35,430 nt of DNA, taken from positions 1 through 35,430 of the forward strand of contig JACPAV010000053.1 in the NCBI GenBank assembly GCA_016180645.1, in the 5' to 3' direction. The notes under the pieces were generated by a model. That model made no database searches. It worked only from the letters and a program-made list of their open reading frames with translations, and was not told the DNA's origin. Position numbers and translations under genes: made by a program. This DNA is from Nitrospirota bacterium (GTDB lineage: Bacteria; JACPQY01). Below, piece by piece: positions 9,357 to 16,815 of the stretch (the first letter of the stretch is position 1; each line of letters begins with the position of its first letter).

Positions 9357-11234
9357 TTAACTCCCGACGGCGAGCACGTCACTCAGGAGGTTCATGAGGC
9401 AGAGGCCCGGAGGGCCGCTGAGTTTTTGAAGCTCAGGTTTGACGCCGCAAGGAACGGTCGAACCTTGCGGGAGCGTCACGCCGTACTTCTTCCAATCCAG
9501 CGCAGTAGGATCCACAAGCACGGCGCCGCCGAATCCGGGGTCCTGCCACAGAAAATGAACGTAGGCGGATTTCTTTCCGTCCTTGGGAACGCCGTCGCCC
9601 CATGCGGTGGAGAAATCGGGATCATCGATGGAGATCCCGCCGATGTCGTAGATACCCACTCCCAACTGATCCATGGGCCATTCTTGAAAATGAGTGGAGT
9701 CCGTAAGGGGCCGCCCGGGCTCGCAGGAAAGCTTGAGGGTATTTTGAGGCGCTTTGACACCGCATTCGAATTCCTCGAGGAAGTAGCCATCGGTAGAGCC
9801 GATGGCCCGAGTCCAGGCGGGGAGATAATTCCTGGCATTCTCGAGGGATTTGAAGAGCTGGTGCATGTCCAGGTAGAAGACGCTTCGATTGATTCCGAGT
9901 TGAACGCCGGCGACGAATTGGACCATGTCGCCGACCGTGTCCAAGAGGTTGGTCACGGCGGCCTGGGTGACGTTCGCGGCGGCTCCCGTGTCGGAGGTCA
10001 GCGACGAGAGCACGGCCTGTGTCGCAATCGAATTGAACCCGGCGGACACGTTGTTGAGAAGGGGACCGAAGACATCGGCCGCATTGACGTATGGGTATTG
10101 CTTCGGGTTCGTCAAGTGAAGCCTGAGATTCTCCGTGGATCGGGCGGCGGTGGGCGAGGGTTCGACCTTTCCCAGACGGTAGACGCCGCTGCTGGACGAG
10201 GAAGACCCCGTGCTGCGGACATTCATGTAGTTTTCGGCATCGAGGAACGCCATGAAGGAATCGGAATAGTGCCCTGGGTTGTCCACGGGGACCGTTTCGT
10301 TGATGCTGCTCGAGAGCAGGTAGGCGAACAGGAGGTCCCTGGCCTGCGACAGGTGCTCGGGGAAGAAGGTGAGAAACGTGGGATCGCTGTTCAGCAGGCG
10401 GGTTGTCTGCTTGGCGCCTTCTCCTTCAAAGAAGTTCTCCAGGAGCTCGCTCATGTCGAGGCCGGCGGTCATCTGCTTGATCAGGTTTACGGAGTTGAGG
10501 CGGAGAGAGATAACCGCGTCAGAGGCCATCCCTATCAAGTAGAGCAGGTCCCGCAGATAAAGAGCCACCGCCTTGTTGTGGTAGCCGACAAACTCGCCCG
10601 CGGCGCTGACCCCGGCCGCGGAGAATCCCAGAGTGACGCTCTTGGCGGGGAAGACAAAATCCTCGCTATGGAGGACCGATTCCAGCTTCGGGATGCTCCG
10701 GGCGACGGCATTCAGGAGATAGACGTTGAACAGGTCTTCGAGCACGCCGTGGGAGATCTCCCCTGCGGCGTGGCGGCGGGCGCCCACGGGAAACGGCGGG
10801 GCGAACATCGGGGATGACGGAGGAGCGGCGAGTATCGCGTCCCTCGGCGGCGCGCCCTCCATGCCGAAAAGTTTCAGCATCGCGCTGGTCAGTTCGTTCA
10901 GGTCTTGGAGCGTGATAAGAAAGTCGGTGGCGAATTCCCCGTACGTAGCCGCGCCGGGGTCCACATTTGGATCATTCTGGGCTCCCCTGAAATACTCGCG
11001 TGCTTTTTCCCATCCGGCCCGGTCCGGCTGGGAGAGCAGATCGGCGTAGCCGATGAAGGTCTTGGGAAAAGTGTGGGCATGATCCCCCGTCTGGATCGTT
11101 ACATTCGGGTTGGGGGGCTCAATCGGTTTCACGACTTTCTCCTCGGCGATGAAGGTGGCGGTGCCGCAGGAGGAAGTGAAGAGTGAAAAGAGAAGAGTGA
11201 AAAGAATGGGGAGGGCAAAGGATCTTCGCGCCAT
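9357..11234 (-). CDS. Hypothetical lipoprotein (about 625 aa)
   Basis: Long ORF. ATG at 11234 gives MARRSFALPILFTLLFSLFTSSC (signal peptide plus lipobox). Stop lies 2 nt from the ddpX start. No family recognised. Confidence 0.75.
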   Translation of the reverse strand: MARRSFALPILFTLLFSLFTSSCGTATFIAEEKVVKPIEPPNPNVTIQTGDHAHTFPKTFIGYADLLSQPDRAGWEKAREYFRGAQNDPNVDPGAATYGEFATDFLITLQDLNELTSAMLKLFGMEGAPPRDAILAAPPSSPMFAPPFPVGARRHAAGEISHGVLEDLFNVYLLNAVARSIPKLESVLHSEDFVFPAKSVTLGFSAAGVSAAGEFVGYHNKAVALYLRDLLYLIGMASDAVISLRLNSVNLIKQMTAGLDMSELLENFFEGEGAKQTTRLLNSDPTFLTFFPEHLSQARDLLFAYLLSSSINETVPVDNPGHYSDSFMAFLDAENYMNVRSTGSSSSSSGVYRLGKVEPSPTAARSTENLRLHLTNPKQYPYVNAADVFGPLLNNVSAGFNSIATQAVLSSLTSDTGAAANVTQAAVTNLLDTVGDMVQFVAGVQLGINRSVFYLDMHQLFKSLENARNYLPAWTRAIGSTDGYFLEEFECGVKAPQNTLKLSCEPGRPLTDSTHFQEWPMDQLGVGIYDIGGISIDDPDFSTAWGDGVPKDGKKSAYVHFLWQDPGFGGAVLVDPTALDWKKYGVTLPQGSTVPCGVKPELQKLSGPPGLCLMNLLSDVLAVGS

Positions 11235-11296
11235 GGGAAGAGTCCGTTGACCGAATGTACGGCCGGACAGGGCCTCCATGGATCTGGAGATTGGGG

Positions 11297-13108
11297 TCAT
11301 GGCTCGAGTTTGAGAGTGAGGTCGAGCGTGCCCCGGAGGACGGGGTTTTGCTTGCCGTCGGTTTTCTCGCGTACGGAGGCGTAGGTCCAATTGTGGAGTT
11401 CTTCGAGGGTCAGGAGGCGGTCTTCGTTCAGGTCGGCCTTGCCGTCCATCGCCTCCAGCAGGGCGGAAGTGTAGATCCCGTGTTTCAGCTTGGGGTCCTC
11501 GCGCGCCACTTCGAGCGGTCCGGCGGAGCTCATTACGGCGCGGCCCCTTGCATCCGACAGTCGATTGAGGAACTTGTCCGAGAGCTTCCCGACGGCCTTG
11601 GAAATCGTCCGACCGCCGCCGCCCGAGTAGCAGGTGTCGAGGATGAACAGGATGTTCTTTGCCCGGATGCGTTCAAAAAGCGTGCGGAGTTCCTCCATGG
11701 GAAGAGCGGTGGAATAGAGGGAACCCGGACGCGTATCGTAGACGGCGAGGTATTTTGAAAACCCATCCCCGTCCGGTGAGGCGGCATCCTTTTCGGTCGC
11801 GCCGTGTCCCGCGAAATAGACCAGGACGTCGTCATTCGGCGTGGCCCGCTGCTTGAGTTCGGTTCCCAAGACCTCCCTCACGCGTTCCAAGGTCGCCTCC
11901 TCGTTGGCGATGACGAAGGAGTTGGAGGAACCGACGAGGCCTTTTTGTGTCATCAGTTCGTGAAGGGCGCCGGCGTCTTCGGCCGCGAACCCGGTGGGCG
12001 GCAGCGAGGCGTACTGGGAAATGCCGATGAAGACGGCGAAGACCTGCGGTGGGGAGGTCGAGCGTTCGACATGGACGAGCCGCTCAATGGAACCGGTTCG
12101 CCCCTGCGCCCGCACGCGGAGGACGTTCAGCCCCGCGGCCAGTTTGACGGCCGCGTTGAACGCGTAGTCGCGTTGGAGGACTTTCGGCTCGTAATCGAGC
12201 TCCTTCTTGCCGTTGACGATCACCACGAGCCGGCGGAGTCCGACGGGGTCGTTGACGAGGCCGGAAAGTTCGATCACTTCATCGTCGACTTGGATGAATT
12301 CCTCGTTCGGTTTGAGCACCGTCAGCGTGGGCCCGGGCGTCAGACCGGTGCTCACGGCAAAGGTCGTGTAGGTTTTCTCGTTGGCCGGATAGACCAGCCG
12401 TGCGGGAGTCGGTTTATCCGGACTGAGGTACGGCTCGAGATCGTGAATGGGAATTTCCACGACGCCTTCCAGATCGGTCGACATCGGAACCGCCTGGTCG
12501 CCCGCCTGGGTTTTCAAACGGATTTCGACGGGTGTAAGGGTGGCGGCCGAAACCGATTCCACCACGCTACGGTCGGAATCCTCGATATAGGTCCACTTGG
12601 GTTTCAACTTCCTGCCGTGCCCGAACAGGCGGAACGCGAGGGTTCCGCCGAATACGGCGTCGCTGGCGAAAAGCGCGGTGGAGCCCCAGGTGCGGAGATC
12701 GGACCGGCCGTTGCGTATGCCCTGGCTCATCAAGTAGGCGCCGCCTCCAAGCGCGGCGGCCCACGCGGTCCCGGCCGCAATCCAGCCCGCCGTGGTCATT
12801 TGGATGCGCGGCTCGATTTCCTCCTCGTAGCCGACGCGCTTGAGATTGTAGCGTTGGAGCTTGTAGCGGAAGATGGGATCGCTCGATGTCGGCGCGGAAA
12901 CCATCTCAAAGGCCGTATGCGTTGTGGCGCGACCGAGGTCGAGAGGGCGAATGGCGCCGGTCGAATCCGCCTTCAGGTGGACGCAAGAGAGGGCCGCGAC
13001 CCCCACGCCGGCCACAAGGGCTATGCGCCCGAACGCGCGACCGATCAAAGCCCGAGTCGTTTTTCGATGGAACCCTTGAGGGTTTGCCCCGGACCCGACG
13101 CGGGACAT
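11297..13108 (-). CDS. Caspase-family (peptidase C14) protein with lipoprotein-like N-terminus and Ig-like domain
   Basis: Dyad motifs YFAGHG and LDTCYSG, plus VFIGISQY, HGIYT and QNP. Ig-like segment VKLAAGLNVLRVRA. The true start may be TTG at 13048, overlapping the upstream stop (TTGA). Confidence 0.88.
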   Translation of the reverse strand: MSRVGSGANPQGFHRKTTRALIGRAFGRIALVAGVGVAALSCVHLKADSTGAIRPLDLGRATTHTAFEMVSAPTSSDPIFRYKLQRYNLKRVGYEEEIEPRIQMTTAGWIAAGTAWAAALGGGAYLMSQGIRNGRSDLRTWGSTALFASDAVFGGTLAFRLFGHGRKLKPKWTYIEDSDRSVVESVSAATLTPVEIRLKTQAGDQAVPMSTDLEGVVEIPIHDLEPYLSPDKPTPARLVYPANEKTYTTFAVSTGLTPGPTLTVLKPNEEFIQVDDEVIELSGLVNDPVGLRRLVVIVNGKKELDYEPKVLQRDYAFNAAVKLAAGLNVLRVRAQGRTGSIERLVHVERSTSPPQVFAVFIGISQYASLPPTGFAAEDAGALHELMTQKGLVGSSNSFVIANEEATLERVREVLGTELKQRATPNDDVLVYFAGHGATEKDAASPDGDGFSKYLAVYDTRPGSLYSTALPMEELRTLFERIRAKNILFILDTCYSGGGGRTISKAVGKLSDKFLNRLSDARGRAVMSSAGPLEVAREDPKLKHGIYTSALLEAMDGKADLNEDRLLTLEELHNWTYASVREKTDGKQNPVLRGTLDLTLKLEP

Positions 13109-13875
13109 GCCTTGAGCAGATCGAGAGCCGCTTCCAGGCGGGATTCCCTGACAAAGTAAGAGACGCCGGTCTTGCAGAGAGCCTCTTTCTGCGTGGGTGT
13201 GGCGTTTTCCACCGCCTGGCGGATCATGCCGAGGCTTTTCACATCCTCCTGGCTCACAACCCGGAAACAGGCGGTTTCCAAAGATTCCCCCTTGGAACCG
13301 GTGAGTTCCCAGCAGTAACTCTTCCCGGCCTCGAGAGGTTCCGACCCTGAGGGATAGCCAAGTTCTGTCCCCGCCACCGGAGTGTCCCAGAGGATTCCCT
13401 TATGGTCAGGTTTGTTCAGGACGACTTTTCCCACCGTTTTTTCCCGCCACCGGAATGAGGGAGTGGCTTGTTCCACGGCGATGGACACGGGATAGGCGAG
13501 CCGCGTAAGGAGGCCGCCGGAGCGAAAATAGGCTCCTCCTGTGGCCGTGGCCGTCTCCTTGGAGAACACCTTGGCCAGACCTTTCTCGGCCACTTTGCTC
13601 TCCTCGGCCTTCAGCGTGCCATCGACCTTCCATCCGTTTTGCTCGGTGAGAACCAGGCTGCCGGCTCCCTTGAACGTGACGAAGCGGTCGGGTGAGAAGA
13701 AGATCGTCGCCTCCCCGCCCTTGAACTCCAAGGTGTCCTTCGCCTTCAGTTCGGACATGACTTCCGGGGGGGTCTTTTTTCCGGCGCGGACAAGGGTGAC
13801 CTGTGCCGGGTCGGCCGAGACCAAGCTGCTCCACTGAACGAGCGATAGAAAGACCGCCATGTTACATAGAATCAT
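13045..13875 (-). CDS. Secreted DUF928-like protein
   Basis: N-terminal signal-like segment; TPSFRW...LGYPSGSEPLEAGKSYCWEL resembles DUF928/FN3-like segments; helical C-terminus. ATGA overlap with the cyclase stop. Confidence 0.55.
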   Translation of the reverse strand: MILCNMAVFLSLVQWSSLVSADPAQVTLVRAGKKTPPEVMSELKAKDTLEFKGGEATIFFSPDRFVTFKGAGSLVLTEQNGWKVDGTLKAEESKVAEKGLAKVFSKETATATGGAYFRSGGLLTRLAYPVSIAVEQATPSFRWREKTVGKVVLNKPDHKGILWDTPVAGTELGYPSGSEPLEAGKSYCWELTGSKGESLETACFRVVSQEDVKSLGMIRQAVENATPTQKEALCKTGVSYFVRESRLEAALDLLKACPASGPGQTLKGSIEKRLGL

Positions 13876-15620
13876 ATTTTACCTCGCGTAATCGGCTTGA
13901 TCTTGACGATGGCAACGGCTTTCCCTTTTCCCTTAACGTGGACTTCGCTTGTCTCAATATACTCATACATTTGGGCAGTTGCCTGTGTGGCCGATAGTAG
14001 CACATTCTCGGTGGCTACCAAACCTTTGTCGTCCGAATAGGATTCGATTCGGAAGGCCGTGTTGACGGTGTCGCCGATCACGGTGAAATCGCTCTTGAAC
14101 CGACTGCCGATCCGGCCGATGACGAGGGGACCCTTCGAGACGGCCACGTGGATGCTGACTTTTCTTTTTTCCGCTTCTTCCCACAGACCGAGGGCGGCCT
14201 TGAGGGCGGCCGATGCGCCGTTGTCGCTCGCCTGCACCGGCACGCCGAAGACCGCGAGGATGGCGTCTCCCGGAAAGCTCAGGACGAGTCCGTCTTCACG
14301 GCGGATGATGTCCGTCGTCCACTCGAAGTACTCGTTCAGCATGGCCACCAGATCCCGTGGGTCCATCCACTCGGAGATGGTGGTGAATCCTTTGAGGTCG
14401 GTGACGAGGATGCAGGCTTCGACCATCTTTCCCGATTCATCGATCTCGTCCTCGTGGTCCAGGATGGACGCGAGCACGAGGGGATTGACGTAGCGGCCGA
14501 ACGCTTTCTCGAGGGTCCGTTTCTTGCGATCGAGGAACCAGAATCGGACGCCGGTCGCGACGGCGGTTTGAACCATCCAGGGAATGAGGATGGGGAGAAC
14601 CGGAAGCCCGATGTTGTGGCGCAGCGCGACATAGGCTGCGGCAAAATAGAGGGGGCAGAGCATGGCGAGGGCCAGGGCGAGGCGACCGATGGACTCTCTG
14701 GCGGCAAGGAGAAGAACAAACGCCCCGAAGAGCAGGCCGGCCGCCACCGGGAGTGGGGGCGCGTCACGGATGAACCGACCGCCCGACAAGCTGCCGAAAG
14801 TCGTAGCGTGAACCTCGAGACCGGCAAAGAGGTCTTTGGGATCGTTGTGCAGGAGATTGAAGGGTGTGGTGAACAAGTCCGAGAGGAAATCCGGCGAGGG
14901 TCCGACGAAAACAACTCGGGCCTTCACGTCCATCCCCGGCTGGTTTTGAATGACCGTCAGTATGGAACCGGACGGAATCGAGCCTTTGGGCTGGAATCCG
15001 AGTCGGATCTTTTTGGGGAAAGCGGCGGAGAATTCCTGGGAGGAAAGCCGGTTCAGAGCGGCGTGGGCCGCGGCGGCCAGCGAGAGGTGCGCCCCATCGT
15101 CCGTCTTGACGTAGGTTTCCTGGTGGCGAATCACGCCGTCTTTCGAGGGGCTCAGGTTGAAGAATCCCGCGGCAGCGGCCGCCTGGCGAAGAAGCGGGTA
15201 GGGATACTTGATCCCGCCGCTGGGGGCGATTTCGGAGGCGATGATGATGGGGACGCCCCGGGCCGCTGCCCGCATGAGGGCGCCGGCGAGGGGCAGAGTG
15301 GATGCCGCGGCCGAATCCGTCGGAAGGAAAAGGAAGTCGAACACAATGGCCCGAGCTCCTCCGGAGATCAATCGGTCGACCAGTTCCGCCATCGGCCCAT
15401 ACCAGGCGGAGAGGGGTACGCCGTAGTGGCGGTAGGTATTCTCATCCAAGTACAAAAGGATCTCACTGCTTTCCGGATTGTTGCGCCCCCGTAGGCACAT
15501 CAGCAGATCGCGGCTCTTTTCGTCCAACCAACTCAGGCTGGGCTGGGAGAACAGGAGAAATAAGACCGGCGAGACGAGGGCGGAGAGCGCGAGGAGCCAG
15601 ATCCGAGAAAATGTAATCAT
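13872..15620 (-). CDS. CHASE2-domain class III nucleotidyl (adenylate/guanylate) cyclase
   Basis: N-terminal TM; CHASE2 motifs (GARAIVFDFLF, DGVIR, GLEVHA); three TMs; FGRYV linker; catalytic TDLKGFT, GDA and GDTVNTAFRIE. Confidence 0.92.
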   Translation of the reverse strand: MITFSRIWLLALSALVSPVLFLLFSQPSLSWLDEKSRDLLMCLRGRNNPESSEILLYLDENTYRHYGVPLSAWYGPMAELVDRLISGGARAIVFDFLFLPTDSAAASTLPLAGALMRAAARGVPIIIASEIAPSGGIKYPYPLLRQAAAAAGFFNLSPSKDGVIRHQETYVKTDDGAHLSLAAAAHAALNRLSSQEFSAAFPKKIRLGFQPKGSIPSGSILTVIQNQPGMDVKARVVFVGPSPDFLSDLFTTPFNLLHNDPKDLFAGLEVHATTFGSLSGGRFIRDAPPLPVAAGLLFGAFVLLLAARESIGRLALALAMLCPLYFAAAYVALRHNIGLPVLPILIPWMVQTAVATGVRFWFLDRKKRTLEKAFGRYVNPLVLASILDHEDEIDESGKMVEACILVTDLKGFTTISEWMDPRDLVAMLNEYFEWTTDIIRREDGLVLSFPGDAILAVFGVPVQASDNGASAALKAALGLWEEAEKRKVSIHVAVSKGPLVIGRIGSRFKSDFTVIGDTVNTAFRIESYSDDKGLVATENVLLSATQATAQMYEYIETSEVHVKGKGKAVAIVKIKPITRGKI

Positions 15621-15684
15621 GTCTTCATGTCAGCATGGAGTCATCTTGCCATGACCCCATGGCCCCATGGCCACATGACTACAT
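15611..15684. repeat. Octamer (CATG-based) short repeats, right locus
   Basis: CAT recurs at exact 8-nt spacing nine times (15618, 15626 ... 15682): CATGTCTT CATGTCAG CATGGAGT CATCTTGC CATGACCC CATGGCCC CATGGCCA CATGACTA CAT. Confidence 0.75.
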
Positions 15685-15688
15685 TCTT

Positions 15689-16786
15689 CTAGGTCTCGTT
15701 CCAGAGGGGGCTGTCGGATTCGAAGACGGCCCAGCCGGTCTCTTCGTACCAGCGGATGACCTCTTCGATGGCGTCGAGGATCGAGGGGTACTGGAAGGCG
15801 TAGCCGGTGGCACTCAGTTTCTCGTTCGAAAGGCCGTGGCCGCAGGTGATGTAGTCGATCGAGTCCACTTCAAACCACGGCCGCTTGCGGATCGCTTTCG
15901 CGCCCATTTCCACGAAGAAGGCCGACGTCTTCAGAAGCCAGGCGGGGATCCGCACGTTGAAGAAACCCAGAAGGCCCTTCTCGGGCATGAGGGCGCTGGC
16001 CTTTTCCAGCAGATCTCCATTGAAGGTTGGGGAGTGGTCGGACACGTTGAACGCCATTTGGTGCGGCTCCGTGGCCTTCGGATTCCAAATGTCTTCACGC
16101 CGGCTGAGGTACAGGGCGGCACGGGCCATGTCCCGGACGTGAATATGGGAGGAGATCACTTCCTTCAAGCCCGGCTTTCCGAAGAGGAAACCGCGTTTCA
16201 TGAGGTACAGAGCCTTCGCATCGCCGTACCGGCTGCCCGGACCGTAGATGGCCCCGGGCCGCAGGCTGACCGCCTGAAGCTTACCCGTCGCATTGGCTTC
16301 GAAGACTTCTTGTTCCGCGGCCCACTTGCTGGCGGCGTACTTGTCCGAGGGGTACGGGCGATCCGTTTCCTTTACAAGATTGTTCTCGTAGGAAGTGCCG
16401 TAGATGGCGCCGCTCGATATATTGACGAAGCGGGATGCTCCCGCATCGCGGCAAGCCGCCAGGAGGTTGCGTGTGCCGACGGCATTGGTTGCGTAGAGTT
16501 CATCCTGGCGCGCGAAGAAATCGAACAGGGCGGCGGAGTGGAACACGAGTTCCTGGCCCTCGACGGCCGGGCGCAGGGACGACGGTTCGCGTAGATCGCC
16601 GGGCACGTATCGGACGCCGGCGTATTTGGGGCGATCAAGATAACGGGGACGATGGCGGCTCGTGGTGGTGACGGAGCAGCCCTCGTCTACCAGGACATCG
16701 ACCAGGTGCGAACCGACGAAGCCGCTGGCGCCGGTCACCAAGGTGTGCGGCTTTGAACGATCCGACGGATTCTCAGCGTTGGACAT
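15689..16786 (-). CDS. Extended SDR, NAD-dependent epimerase/dehydratase (3-beta-HSD-like)
   Basis: TGASGFVG, HSAA, YAASK and RPGAIYGP motifs. Confidence 0.9.
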   Translation of the reverse strand: MSNAENPSDRSKPHTLVTGASGFVGSHLVDVLVDEGCSVTTTSRHRPRYLDRPKYAGVRYVPGDLREPSSLRPAVEGQELVFHSAALFDFFARQDELYATNAVGTRNLLAACRDAGASRFVNISSGAIYGTSYENNLVKETDRPYPSDKYAASKWAAEQEVFEANATGKLQAVSLRPGAIYGPGSRYGDAKALYLMKRGFLFGKPGLKEVISSHIHVRDMARAALYLSRREDIWNPKATEPHQMAFNVSDHSPTFNGDLLEKASALMPEKGLLGFFNVRIPAWLLKTSAFFVEMGAKAIRKRPWFEVDSIDYITCGHGLSNEKLSATGYAFQYPSILDAIEEVIRWYEETGWAVFESDSPLWNET

Positions 16787-16815
16787 TTGTGTGCCGGATG
16801 ATAGCGTGACACACC

